DNA from: Octopus vulgaris
Taxonomy: Eukaryota
Assembly: GCA_951406725.2 (NCBI GenBank)
Contig: OX597823.1
Coordinates: forward strand, 116,002,001 to 116,066,000
DNA: 64,000 nucleotides
Reading direction: 5' to 3'
Position numbers and translations under genes: made by a program. Positions within the stretch are counted from its first letter, which is position 1. Every line of letters starts with the position of its first letter. Under the pieces are notes generated by a model. It did no database searches. It saw nothing but the letters and a program-made list of their open reading frames with translations, and had not been told where the DNA came from. Positions 12,181-25,898 of the stretch are shown one piece after another.

Positions 12181-13095
12181 GCTTACTTATTAATTATGAG
12201 TTATTACTGTTTTGTCGTTTGTTTATGCTGGTGTGCTAACTTTTTTGCAAACTAAATTATAACTGACAACCTTATTTGTTGCAGTTATGTGAAAGTCTGG
12301 TCAGTATGTTTCATGTGGCCATGATAAACTGTAAATATTTTAATTCTTTTTTTATGGCTTAGTCAGGAAGAGTTCACATCTATGGAGAACTTCACATCTA
12401 AAAGAAATGGTCTACACCTATGTCACCAGTACTAATTCAAAGTCAGGTGGGTGAAAGAGCTCTAATTATGGATTCCTACTGTCAGAAGCAACACATGAAA
12501 ATATAATATTTTCTTGCTTCAGCTTTTCCTGGTAAGAGTCCATTCTATGAAAGACATCCAAAGGCCAAGTGGTTATCATAGAGGAAAGAGGAAATTTCTT
12601 CAGTAACATCATATTTTATATATGATTGACTTTTCTTTGTCACTTTCCAGTGATCTGTCTTCATAAATGGTGGCAGGAATATAAAAGTGAGAGCGATATG
12701 ATTGTAACAATGGCTAAATGTAGTGGCCTTCCAGCCAAATATCTAGTTTTAACATTTTCACACAATCCCAAATCTTTCTTTTGTCACAGTGTTCTATGTT
12801 CTATGTGAGCCAAGTGTTTAGGGAAGTTGTGTCGGTGCCAAACTTTAAGCTAGCATTACAGCAATATTATCACTAATTACACCGATCTATGCCACACGCC
12901 ACAGTCTTGTCAAATGAAGAGGAAACACTAAACAAATAACAAGAAATAACAATAAAAAACATCATGGAAAATGAAGAAAACATAGCTTTCATTATTTTTT
13001 AACAAAATATTGATGTGTCTCTTCATACAGATGTCACATTTATTATACTCTGTATACAATTTGATCTCTTGCACTCACTATCTTTGTATCTCATC

Positions 13096-13130
<35 letters not shown>

Positions 13131-13829
13131 ACACGCAAACATACACACACACACACACGCACACACACGTACCATCTCTCTCTTCTACTTTCCACCTCAA
13201 TTGCACTTTAGAAGCTAATCGGATAAAAGCGGGGAGGAAGACAAGAGAAAGACAGAAATAAAATAAAATATATTAGAGGTAGTTGACTTTAATCTTCGAA
13301 TCCACAGTTCATTTATAATTGAATTTTTGTTTTTATAACACTTTCCTTCAATTGAAATTTATAACACCAGGAGCAAATTGTTTCTACTTTTTTTTTCCCC
13401 CTTCAGTTTGAAAAATCAATAAAATTGTGATATAATTTTGTGAGTGCTTTTAAATCCCCACTTAAAGGAGAACCTCTCTTGAATAACTATTTGTTAGATC
13501 CACCTATTTTCCAATATGTTTCAGTTTTTTTTCCTAATATATATGAATCTATGATATACGAATAGTGTTCATGCTTGTATGTGCTTCTAGGTGAATGTTT
13601 GTGTGTGTATGTAATATCAATCACCATCTTGTTCTCTTAAATCAGAATTGACTGTTGGTAAATACCATTACTGTATATCTACAGTACTCCTCATAACTGG
13701 TTGCCACAACAACCTTTATTTTACTCATGTTTATATATATCTTGTAATTTGTTGATTTTGTTAAGTGCAGCTGAATGTAGGAGACAGGCTGCCAGTTGAT
13801 GTACAGCATGTCAACATATATATATATAT

Positions 13830-13885
<56 letters not shown>

Positions 13886-14254
13886 GGATATATGGGGATT
13901 TATTGTGCACATGGATAGCAGAGGCTAATAGAGATTGCAGAGAGATTGCATAGTCAGACATAAGATGGTTAGATGACATATGATCTTGGTGTAGAGAAAT
14001 TTTCTGTCATACCAACTCATTCAGATTTTGTCAGGATAGTAAATCAAATGATTAACTTTTATGATCATGTTTTCTATGTTGGTATTGGTATTGGTACACT
14101 ATATCTGCAATACAAGATTTTTGAATGCCTCTAGATTCTATTTCATCTCTTCTCTATTAGCCAATATTCATAGGTTTCATTTAGTTTCCAAAGTCATTCA
14201 TAAGACATTTAAAATTCAGATTCTATCTCAAATCAATACAAATTCATAATTTCA

Positions 14255-14650
14255 GGTGCAGGAGTGGCTGTGTGGTAAGTAGCTTGCTTACCCAACCACA
14301 TGGTCATGGGTTCAGTCCCACTGCATGGCACCTTGGGCAAGTGTCTTCTACTATAGTCTTGGGCTGACCAAAGCCTTGTGAGTGGATTTGGTAGATGGAA
14401 ACTGGAAGAAGACCGTCGTATATGTATATGTATGTGTGTGTGTGTATGTTTATGTGTCTGTGTTTGTCCCTCCAAAATCGCTTGACAACCGATGCTGGTG
14501 TGTTTATGTCCCCGTAACTTAGCAGTTTAGCAAAACAGACCGATAGAATAAGTACTAGGCTTACAAAGAATAAGCTCTGGGGTCGATTTGCTCAACTAAA
14601 GGTGGTACTCCAACATGGCTGCAGTCAAATGACTGAAAGAAGAAAAAGAA
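14255..14650 (+). mobile_element. SINE family A, full length
   Basis: Match to 931-1345. Confidence 0.9.
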
Positions 14651-15059
14651 TATTATTTTCAATCATGAAATAAATTTGAGTTTCTAATTAATCCTTTTCT
14701 GCATAAGGCTATAGTTCTTTTTTTAATTTTTTCTGCGGAGGTCAGGAGTATTTTTCTGGTCCTTGCTACAGACTTCTGCTTTTGTCTTAGCCCCTAATTA
14801 CTACTTTATTCTTAGTTACTATTTGAAACTCCCTTCTCAGTTAAATTTTTAAAGATGTTAACGATAGCCTCTGCCATAGGTATACCAATTAGCTGAGTAA
14901 TTTTTATCAAAATTTCATCTTGAATTCCAGTGTAGCCATCTCTGAGACTGAACTAAAGTAGACAGAATCAGACTATGAGAGAAATATCTTTTCTAAATAG
15001 ATTAAATTTCACTATGAATGCATTGACAATCTGAGAAATATTTAATCACTGAAGGTTCT

Positions 15060-15950
15060 TTAGAAGTAGTGGATAATTTCTGCTACCTAGGGAACCAAAT
15101 TAGAAGTGGGGGAGGATGTACAGAGCATATAATAGCTAGAATAAGAATAGGATAGGGAAAATTCAGAGAGCGCTTACCTCTTTTGGAGACCAAAAGTCTC
15201 TCTTCCAAGTGAAAGGAAGACTGTATGAGGTATGTATACGAATAGCAATTCTACATGATAGTGAGATGTGGGCCATGAATGCAGAGGACATGTGAAGGCT
15301 ATAGAGGAATGAGGGTAGCATGCTCCATTAGGTGTGACAAGTGCAAGTGGGTAGAGAGAAAAGTTAGGCATAAGAGGAAGCAGATGCAATGTGCAAGAGA
15401 GAAGACTGTTGGTTTGGTCATGTGATGTGGATGGATGCTGACAGCTCCATAAAGAAGTGGTGGTCACTCAAAGTGGATGGTGCTCATGGAAGCAGGAGAC
15501 CCAGGAAGACATGGGATGAAGTACTGAAGGAAGATCTTAGGACACTGAACCTTATGCAGGAGATGAGAAAGGGCTGAAACATCTGGCACCTTGCTGTACA
15601 CAAGAAGACTCATCCTCCAAGGCAGAAGTGTTAATGCCACTCCCGTTGCTGAAGAGGATTGGCCTGCTAGGGCCCTGTGCCAGTGCCATGCAAAATGGAC
15701 TCATGCTGGGGCTACATAAAAGGCACCCATGCTGGCACCACACAAGAGTACCTGTGTAAGTCCCATGTAAAGAGCACCCAGTGCCACTCTGTAAAGTGGT
15801 TGGCATTAGGAAGGGCATCGAACCATAGAAACCAAGCCATGTCAGGCTGGAATCTGGTGCAGCTCTCATGTTTGCTATCTCTGGTCAAATCATCCTGCCT
15901 CTGCCAGCAAGGAAAACAAACACTAAAGGAGGAGGAGGAGGAGGAGGAGG
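15060..15950 (+). mobile_element. RTE LINE 3' portion (ORF C-terminus plus UTR), decayed
   Basis: WFGHVMWMD...GSRRPRKTWDEVLKEDLRTL typical of the RTE ORF end, followed by the ggcattaggaagggcatc UTR. Confidence 0.8.
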
Positions 15951-16516
15951 AAATATGTGAAGTACATATTAGTACACACTCTCTCTCTCTCTCTCCCTCT
16001 CATCTATCCCTTTCAAGAGGTGCTCATCCTCAACAGATTCTTCACAGCACTCACCGATTCTCTTATATCTCGCTGTTTGTTATCTGCCTAATACTTCCGT
16101 GCTGTTGTCTCACCAGAAATATAGAATTTGTTTTGGAAATCTAAGCTGCATATAATCCAACCCAAATCTATTTTGTATGAACTATTCTATGTCAGTGTTC
16201 TGCTGTTGGTATAACTTGATATGAATTAGCTTTGGTGCCTTATCATAGAGGTTAACAGTTAATCATGTTTGGCTCAATATTTTCAGCACTGATTGGTCAG
16301 CTGCTTCTAGGAAACTGTTGGCCAGCTGTAGCATCAGAATTATTAAACATATATTCTACATGTCACAGTGTTGAGTTCTTTGTTGTAGTAAGGGTATAAT
16401 CAGTTGATCTTGAATATCACATCCATCTATCTGTCTTTATATATACATGTATATATATCTATATCTATCTATTTATCTATCTATATATATATATATATAT
16501 ATATATATTTTATATA

Positions 16517-17667
16517 TGTTGTTGTATTTAGGAATGGTCATGTTGCCAGTTTAGCCAATAAAAACACACGCACTATATATTTGTAGAAAAGTTAGGCATA
16601 AGAGGAAGCAGATGCAATGTGCAAGTGAGAAGTGTGACGAAAGGAACTCTGGCTGAAATAAGATTAAGATTAATGTAATAAATAAAGCTGAAGCAAATTA
16701 ACACCAAATATACAGTGTGTGTGTTTTTATTGGCTAAACTGGCAACATGACCATTCCTAAACACAACATCTGTTTCAACACACGATTTCACATCAAGAAT
16801 CTTGCAAAACAAATATATAAACCTAATTTTTTATATATATTTTTATATATTTTTTTACATATTTTTATTTCTTTATATATTTTTACATATTTTTCTGTAT
16901 TTTACCTTTCACCCCGCATTTTTCTTGTGCATGTGTGTATACAGATGTGTATATGAATATTTTTGTGTGAATATAGGCATATATACGTGTGTGTGTGTTG
17001 GTGTGTATATATGTACATGTATATGTACATGTGTATGGTTGCATATATATATGTGGGTGTACAGGCATGTGTTTCATGCAAATGTGAGTGAGCATATGCA
17101 TATATAGCACGTGCATATTTTAGATGTGTATTTGAATATAATTGTGCATGTATGGGTATGTGCACATGCTTGCATGTGTGCAGATATGTATATGTGTACA
17201 TGTATGGTTGCCTGTATATGTGCATATATAGGCATATATGTGGGTGTGCATGTACATGTGAGTGTGAGTGAGCATATGTATATAGGCACATGTACGTGGG
17301 TGTGCATGCATGCATGTGTATGTATGTACGTACACATACGCGATTTCTATGAGCATTTTTACTCCTTTACTATTTTACTTTCTCCCCTTCAGTTTTCCCC
17401 CTTATTTAACAGTCATTCTAATAGCTCTTTTGACTTAATAACGGTCCATTACATAGTAATTTCCCTTTGTTTATTGGTCATTTCCATAGTATTTTTTGAT
17501 TGCCTTGATAACTGACGAGATGCCTGAGCAGTTTTCTGCCCTGACATCCGAAACTCAGGGTCTTATTATGGCTACCGAATAATTGCCACATATTATATTA
17601 CAGATAAATTCCTCTATTTACATAATATCAAGGTCTCATTCATTCTTTTGTTGTCATACCATTTCTA
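16517..17667. mobile_element. Penelope-like non-autonomous remnant between TA microsatellites (fold-back start, TG/TA-rich middle, hammerhead near the end)
   Basis: Inverted repeat 16517-16578/16707-16768; ttcaacacacga...aagaatcttgcaaa shared with the Penelope terminal repeat; hammerhead at 17507. Confidence 0.5.
17507..17567 (+). ncRNA. Hammerhead-like motif (type I)
   Basis: gataa-CTGACGA-GATG..GCAG-tttt-CTGC..CATC-c-GAAA-ctcaggg-TC-ttatt. Confidence 0.6.
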
Positions 17668-17723
<56 letters not shown>

Positions 17724-17742
17724 GACACACACATACATATAT

Positions 17743-17888
17743 AGGTGCAGGAGTGGCTGTGTGGTAAGTAACTTGCTTACCAACCACATGATTCCAGGTT
17801 CAGTCCCACTGTGTGGCACCTTGGGCAAGCGTCTTTTGCTATAGCCTTGTGAATGGATTTAGTAGACGGAAACTGAAAGAAATCCATC

Positions 17889-17935
<47 letters not shown>

Positions 17936-18167
17936 CATGTATCTGTGCGTATATGTTTGTGTGTCTGTATTTGTCCTCCTAACATCGCTTGACAACCGAT
18001 GCTGGTGTGTTTACATCCCTGTAACTTAGTGGTTTGGCAAAAGTGACTGATAGAATAAGTACTAGCTAACGAAGAATAAGTCCTGGAGTTGATTTGCTTG
18101 ACTAAAAGTGGTGCCCCAGCATGGCTGCAGTCAAATGACTGAAACAAGTGAAAGAAAATAAAGAAAG
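17743..18167 (+). mobile_element. SINE family A
   Basis: Match to 931-1345. Confidence 0.88.
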
Positions 18168-20577
18168 ACTATACATATATATATATGTGTGTGTGTGTGT
18201 ATGTGTGTATAGATAGATAGATAAATAGGTAGAATGAGAGATAGATAGATAGGTAGATAGATAGGTAGGCAGACAGGCAGAAAACTTATTTTTAAATTCG
18301 TATTGTTGTGTCAAATACAAACACTGACCAAAATACACATGTACACAATAACCGTTCCACCCATGCCAGAATGGAAAACGGACATTAAGCGATGATGATC
18401 ATGATGTTGATGACAATGGTCTTTTGCAGTTCTTATCTATCGAAATTCTACTTGCTGCTTAAACATACTTTGATTAAATTTGAATGAGATATTCTAATTT
18501 GTGTCATAATTTCAATGCTTTACCACTGTAATTACCAAGCCTGACGTTCAACAATGCCATGAAAACACTTGGTAGTTATTCAGCCCTTATAGAGTTAAGC
18601 AGCACCCTTTAACCAACTGACTGATACCCATCTACTTCAGCAACTCTACACCTGGATTATGGATTTTCTGGCTTCTGCTGCTATTGTTGTCAGTCTACTA
18701 CACTATTGACTTTCAAAGACTTACACCATTCCATTCAAACTTTAAAACACATGCCATTAGATAAAATTCCTACAATAAAGTAGGAATGCTATCAAATTTT
18801 CTGCGAGCTTAACTCCAAAGATCGTTTTAGTTTTTCTTTCATCGGTCAACAGTGATTCACCCATCTTTATTACTTTATCAAGAAAGAATTTTGTGTTCAG
18901 TTTCAAAAATAATTTATTTTCATCATCCTAATGTTTGCAGTGCTTTTTTTCAACAAAACATATTCTTCACTTGGCCTATCAAAAGAAATAAAAAATTCTT
19001 AGTGCCTGTAGAAGATATCATGAATATTTTTACAGTCGTCATCATCGTCGTCATGGCGATCATCATCATTATCATGATCATGATCATTATCATTATTGCT
19101 GACACCACTACCACCAGTAATTACTTTCCTTTTGAATTATTTATTTCAGAGGTTGTTCAGAGCAGAAACTGTGACTTCATTGATCTTTATCTATTTCTAT
19201 TGAGTCTGTCATAGAATTTCTGATTGTTTCTAATAAAAACATACTGAGTGGATTCATCTGCCAATTATTTATGTGTTGCCATTAAAATATGGCTTTCTTT
19301 TCAAAAAAAAAAAAAAAGCCAAAAAAAAGCCCCAACAAAACAAGGCAAAAAACAAAACCAATCTAAAGCAAAATAGTAAAATCATTAAATACACAAATAG
19401 ATTAAACACTATATTCAACTCACATTTATCTTCCATAAATAGTTAATAACTATGTAAATTTTATAAATGTCTTTAGACACTAAACATCTTTCATTACTGC
19501 ATTGTTGGGATGTTACACCATTATTATTGTTGGAAGGAACTTCAAGAAGTGTTGCTGTCTCTGTCTGTGTGTTAATGTATGTGTCAAGGGGAAGTAATTT
19601 TCTTTGTTGTCAAGACATCAAGTTTGCATATAATAATAGGAAAAATCTAGTTTAAAATGTAACATCATTAACAGAGGAAAAAAAAATAAGTGAAAGCTAT
19701 TAAAATATATTAGAATTATTGAAAGAAAGTTATATTGTTGAATGGTTATTATAAGTTCTTCTTTCTTCCGATGTGAATCAAATTTTCAAAAGAAGCAGAA
19801 AATGAGAATAAAATTGGAGGAAGTATAATTTCAAAGATATTCTAGCTTTAAGGAAGAAGAAAAGGCAGAAAGAAAGAAAGAAAGAAATGATTCAACTTTT
19901 TCTTTGATATTTTGATAGATGTAAGATAATTTTCCGTGGTGTTATTTTCAAATTTCTTTCTTTGTTCTTTTTCCTTCCTTTTCCAATATCACATGAGAAG
20001 AAACAAGGAATGAATGGTTTCTGGTAGCCATCATCATCATCATCATCAGCATCAACGACAGCAGTATTAACAACATCATTTCACATTTGCCACTGTTAAT
20101 CATGCATAAAGCCATACAAACCAGACACAAGATCTCATTGTGGAAGTGATATTCCCGTATCCCTTTGTGTTTTAGTTGGAATTTCATTTATTGGAATTGT
20201 TGCACAATGATTTCTTTCCTTTGCAAGCTGATAAAGGAATCCTCTAAAATATGCAGCTATCTTAAAAAAATAACTCCCTGAAAGTTAGCTGTACAAAACT
20301 AATATGCTAAAATTGGCCACATGCTCACACTGTCTTAAGTGCAATAGTGAAAGATTTTTATAGTGGAGACAGGGCAGTGTTATGTTGTGTATAATAGACA
20401 ATTAGGTAAGAGGCTGTGTTTGTGGACAGAAATAACCAGGCAGATATGTCTGTTTTTCTATACATTTATGAAGTTTCACTGTTTATATCTTAAATATATA
20501 TACAAAGGTGTATTTATATAATGATGAAGAACATGTGTATGTGCTTCTAGGTAATACTTGAAGATTTAAAACAAAGA

Positions 20578-20720
20578 GGAAGGGCATCCAGCTGTAGAAA
20601 CTCTGCCAGATCAAGATTGGAGTCTTGTGCAGCCATCTGGTTTGCCAGACCTCAGTCAAATCGTCCAACCCGTGCTAGCATGGAAAGTGGATGTTAAACG
20701 ATGATGAAGATGATGAAGAT
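20578..20720 (+). mobile_element. RTE LINE extreme 3' end
   Basis: ggaagggcatccagctgtagaaac...gttaaacgatgatga. Confidence 0.8.
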
Positions 20721-21295
20721 GCAGAGAATGATTTCATTAAATTTGTTGTTACATGTTTCCTACATCTTTATAGAAACAAGGGTAACACAGAACAATTAAA
20801 TTGATAGATGGATCTCAGCATCAAAGCTCGAGGATAAATTAACCTTTATTCTTAGAATAATATACAAGGACAAATTTGAAGAAGTTGAGAACACATCTTG
20901 CAGGATAGTGTGACAAAATTCTGTGTGGAATATGAGTTGATTCTGGTGTGGGGACCAAATCACCAGTTTAGACAGCCCTGAACAAAACCTTGCAGAACCT
21001 TTCAAATTGCAAATTCATGAGAAGCTTACGTCACCCTCCTTTGCTATTTACCACAGTTGGTTGATACACAGAAGCCAATGCTGATGGACTGCTTAACATT
21101 TATTGGGTGGTGCCTTCTCTAGGGTGGTTAATCATGCCTTTTATAACTCTATGGATAGGCCATGGCTCATAGCTGTAAGTTCATGCAAACAGGCTTTATG
21201 GATGCTATACAAGGACACTACAAATGGCCCTAAATGTGAAATGGCAGCAACATATGGCAAATGAATGCTTTTTTGGAGACCTGTCAAAATTTAAC

Positions 21296-21482
21296 GAAAA
21301 GGTTGCAAGACACAGCAAAAATTTTAGAAAAAGGAAGAAGAAATAAGTAGAAATTTTACCGGTGAGTGTGTTAAATTATGAGGCACTAAAAGAGAATGAC
21401 TCACCCCAGAAACAACAGAATATGCTTCAACACACAAGCTCACATAAAGAATCTTGCAAACCAAATCCAAAAACGAAATACG
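21296..21482 (+). mobile_element. Solo Penelope-like terminal (pLTR-like) fragment
   Basis: Homologous to 38476-38667 and 33165-33351. Confidence 0.7.
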
Positions 21483-21624
21483 GTAATAATAATATAGCAC
21501 TACTCAGTTTTTCCACTTCTGTTATATTATATGTTTGTAGGAATATTCATTTTGTCTTATTTCAAGTAGGATTACAAGCATGACATGTCTGTTTATTATA
21601 GTTTTCATTTGGTGAATAACTCAC

Positions 21625-21803
21625 TTGGTCAGAATAGAAACAACATCGAAATATTTGTATCAGTTTTGCGAAGAGTGAGATTACAAAAGTGACAACTGGT
21701 GTGATGAGCATATGTAAATATCTGTGAGCTGAGGCATACATTTCTGCTGTGGTGGAATGGACATATTTACTGCAAGACTGATCACAACTTGTATTACTGT
21801 CAA
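21625..21803 (-). other. Candidate exon (179 nt, open frame)
   Basis: ttttgttcag acceptor, CAA|gtgagt donor, open frame DSNTSCDQ...FYSDQ; peptide not recognised. Confidence 0.25.
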
Positions 21804-22127
21804 CTGAACAAAATCTCTCAATTTTCATGAATAGATTCCAATCAGTAAAGTGAACTTAGATACACGTTTGTATTAAGTGAAACCAAAAACAAAAAACAAT
21901 TCCATATAGATTGAGTTATAAATATATTTGTAAGGTTTATTAAAGGATTGCATTTCTTTAATTACTCTGCTGTCTTTTAACTTTGTTCATTTGCTTATTC
22001 TTCTCTTCCTACAAATCTTGTTCTTGCAAACATCAAATACTTTCCTGCCTAAACATATATCTGGTGTATGCAAAATCTCTCTTTCTTTCTTTTACTCTTT
22101 GTGTGTGTGTGTGTTTCTCTCTTCTCT

Positions 22128-22166
<39 letters not shown>

Positions 22167-22214
22167 GCAGAGTGAAAAAATTATACATTATGGTCAACTA
22201 TATACAAACCATCC

Positions 22215-22360
22215 GCGTTCAAAGCTAACAGCCCAAGGTCGACTTTGACTTAAATCCTGTTGGTGTCGATTAAATAAGTACCAGTTATGCACTGGGGTCG
22301 ATGTAATCGATTTACCCCTTCCCTGAAACTGCTGGCCTCGTGCCAAAATTTGAAACCATT
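22215..22360 (+). mobile_element. SINE family B fragment
   Basis: ggtcgactttg...taagtaccagttatgcactggggtcgatgtaatcga core. Confidence 0.7.
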
Positions 22361-22711
22361 ATTTAAGCATGTATTTCTATGCATTTCCAATACATTCTGA
22401 GTCAAAAACCACATCCCTACAAAGCACTACATCTCCCAAAACCCATCTGGCACAACTGGTTCCTCTCTTCGCATCATCCTTGGTTTAATTCCCCTTTCCC
22501 CCCCAAAACTCCTCCTCCTCCTGGTATTCCATCTCCTCCACCCACGATCAACTAAAACATAACTTCACCCAAACACTCCTACTCCATAGTTCAGAGTAAC
22601 TCAGAAACACGTATAATACATTATCATTGTTCTCTTCAATACTCCAGCCAAGCACTGTGGTTGACATGGCAATGTAGCTGGGTCTGGTTGTATAAAAGGT
22701 GATTGTAGGGT

Positions 22712-22945
22712 GTGGTGGTATGGCAGAAACGTTAGTACGCCGGGCGAAATACCTAGCAGTATTTTGTCTGCCGTTACATTCTGAGTTCAAATTCCGCCGA
22801 GGTCGACTTTGCCTTTCATCCTTTCGAGGTCGATAAATTAAGTACCAGTTACGCACTGAAGTCAATGTAATCGACTTAATCTGTTTGTCTGTCCTTGTTC
22901 GTCCCCTCTGTGTTTAGCCCCTTGTGGGTAGTAAAGAAATAGGTA
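22712..22945 (+). mobile_element. SINE family B, near full length
   Basis: tggcagaaacgttag head, core and tail. Confidence 0.88.
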
Positions 22946-23099
22946 TGGTTATATATTGGTGGTAGAGTGCAGATACATATTATTGGTGGTGGAGTAGAGC
23001 TGTGAAATGATGATAACAGGATGTGAGTCTATGTTGCTGGGAGGAAGAGTTTTACCATAGAGTCAAGAGAAAAGGGGCAATGGTAGTGTGTGCTATATA

Positions 23100-23620
23100 T
23101 TTGTGGTAGGATGCAGTTAAATAATGAGGGTGATAGGGAGTGGGTATAGTTATATTATGTGGTAGGATGAGGGTATATGGTGTTAATAGTAGGGTGTGGT
23201 ATAGAAATTTAGTGTTAGGGTATGGTTATATAATGTAAATGGTAGGATGTCATTATGTTGATGGTGAGAGGGTGTGGTTATCTAATGTCAGTGTCAGGAT
23301 GTGACTCATATAATGTTAGTCTTAGGGTGTGGTTATATGATAACTGTAGGTGTGGTTATGTAATGTCAGTGGTAGGATGTGGCTAATATAATGTTGGTGT
23401 TAGAGTGTGGTTTTATGATAATTGTAGGTGTGGTTATATAATGTCAGTGATAGGATGTGGCTTATATAATGTTGGTGTTAGAGTGTGGTTGTATAATGCT
23501 GGTGGCAGGGTGTGGCTATATGATAATTGTAGGTGTGGTTATATGATGTTAACTGTAGGTGTGATTATATGTTAATGGGAGGTTTGGTTATGTTGACGAT
23601 GATAGGATGTGGTTATATAG
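23100..23620. repeat. Degenerate GT-rich minisatellite (taggtgtggttatataatgtt-like)
   Basis: Direct; a similar pattern continues at about 23960-24170 after a SINE. Confidence 0.75.
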
Positions 23621-23945
23621 GATCACTCTGTCAGTTACGACGATGAGAGTCCCAGCTGATACAATCAACGGAACAGCCTGCTCGTGAAATTAATGTGCAA
23701 GTGACTGAGCAATCCACAGACACATGTACCCCTAACATAGTTCTCTGGGAGATTCAGCATAACACAGAATGTGACAAGGCCGGCCCTTTGAAATACAGGT
23801 ACAATTCCTTTTTGCCAGCTGAGTGGACTGAAGCAACATGAAATAAAGTGTCTTGCTCAAGGACACAACACATCGCCGGGAATCGAACTCATGACCTTAC
23901 AATCATGAGCCGAATGCCCTAACCACTAAGCCATGCACCTTCACA
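23620..23945 (-). mobile_element. tRNA-derived SINE, family C-related
   Basis: Minus-strand head gcatggcttagtggttagggc; core shared with 5110 and 34717. Confidence 0.8.
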
Positions 23946-24479
23946 TGCCATATATATATGGTTATCTTAGTGGTTGAGTGTGGCTATAACATGATGATGG
24001 TAGCAAGAAGTTATTTTTATATAATGATAGTGATAGAGTGTGATGATGCAATAATGATAGAGAGTGGTTATGTTGGTAGTAGCAAGAAGTTACATAATAT
24101 TAGTGATGGTAGTGTAGTTACATAATGTTGGTGGTGGTATTGTGTAATTACATAATACTAATAAGATATAGTGATGATATGAGTTTTGTAACTGAATGCG
24201 TGGGAGAAGAGCTTAATACAGAGGTTTTTTAGTGGTGAGACGCAGTAAGGATGGACAAAGGATGGGTGTTGGGGAATATCTATAAATTGCTAGTTGAGTG
24301 GAGCAGCAACACATGAAGTAATGCTAGAAGCTAGAGAGAGAGAAGCCATACTATGTTGGTGTTGGTGAAATATTGCTAATCCTTTGAATGGCTGTTTTAG
24401 CATGTGATCCAGAATGTGTGCGTGGCGACGCGTCTGTTTTAGCATGTGATCCAGAATGTGTGTGTGCGTGTGTGACAGT

Positions 24480-24800
24480 TATTCTATTTAAAACAGGAGA
24501 GGAATACACAGAAATGTAGGGTACTGTTGTATCTTATAGATAGGCAGTGACTGCTCATAGTGGAATGCCTTTGCTTGGAGATCCTCAAGTAAAACATGGT
24601 CAAAGGTTTTGCTGATGTCAAGGATACACAAGATGGCTTTGTCAAAAGTTCCTAAAAGTGAGAGAACATTGATGTGTGACACAGAAGAACAGATACGGCT
24701 TTGAAATATGGGAAGTGTATACAAAAGGATGATTTCTAGCAGTGCTGGAGAGATTTGTTGCTTTTCCTAGAGATGTGACTGACCTTGTGATGTGTCTCTA
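24480..24800 (-). pseudogene. Decayed LINE RT fragment (CR1/L2-like)
   Basis: LDISKTFDHVLLEDLQAK resembles the LDISKAFDRVWH motif. Confidence 0.6.
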
Positions 24801-25380
24801 AAGATTGTGATATCCTCTCATAAACGGAGAAATATAAAGTTTAATGAAGACATGATCTTGCTTTGGAATATACTGCTTGATGTAATAGTTGTATTGTCAT
24901 AACTGTGGTTACGTGGTGAACTGACCAGAATTAACGAGAAAAATAATTACAGTTAGAAAGTAAACTTACAAGGGAGGCAAATTCAAGTGATACTTTGTTG
25001 TGTAGTGTGGAATTACAAGTAAAGATGACCGAAAAGATTATGGCTATATTAGCAATGGTACTGCTTACAGAACCACCTTACTTGAAGAGGAGTGGTTTTA
25101 AAGATTCTGTAAAGTTTCTTGAGACAATCCTGCTGTGGAATCATAAAGAGTGAACTGTAGTTTAGAGTTTTCTATCTGCTCTATGCAAAGAGACTATTTT
25201 GCTCTAGTAATGTTGTTTTTTTTTGAGTTACAAGTTGACTCTATGTAGAACTATAATGGCAGTCAGTTTGCAACATATATATATAAATTATACAATTTTA
25301 AGTAGAGATTGTTAATTTAACAATGCTCAGAAATGGGCTGGAATTAAAGTGCTCTAATTGAGCTAAGTTCCAATTTATGA

Positions 25381-25503
25381 TTTCAATGGAGGCAATACCA
25401 GCGGAAAACTAGGAATATTCAATAGAATATTCAATATATTGAATATTGTATTGAATAATAGATCATGTTCTTCTAGTTTTCCGCTGGTAATGCCTCCATT
25501 GAA
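25381..25503. repeat. Fold-back inverted repeat (about 32-bp arms)
   Basis: tttcaatggaggcaataccagcggaaaactag / ctagttttccgctggtaatgcctccattgaaa, one mismatch. Confidence 0.9.
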
Positions 25504-25540
25504 ATTGTATATATATATATATTTATATATATATATATAT

Positions 25541-25749
25541 AAATTAGAAAAAATAACACCTTTTATCAATTCAAAATGAAAAATTAAATTACACCATCTA
25601 GAAAATTACATATGATAGAAAGATTAAATATAAGATAAAAAATATAACAATGATTAAGTAATGTGCAAAATAATAAATAAAACGTATGTATTTGGTATAA
25701 TACCAAATATATACGTTTTATTGATAAAAGGTGTTTTTTTTTCTAATTT
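25541..25749. repeat. Nested inverted repeats between TA microsatellites
   Basis: aaattagaaaaaataacaccttttatcaat / attgataaaaggtgtttttttttctaattt plus an inner palindrome at 25676-25722. Confidence 0.8.
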
Positions 25750-25833
25750 ATATATATATTATATTTTGTGAAATTTGATTTAGCATTTCTAAATTGAATT
25801 TTTTCCCTATAAGTTTGGAATAATATTCCCTCA

Positions 25834-25898
<65 letters not shown>

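Noticed and set aside
12860-12927. Strong minus-strand pyrimidine tract followed by VSSSFDKTVA (WD40-like)
   Set aside because: Stops follow quickly in all frames and there is no convincing donor
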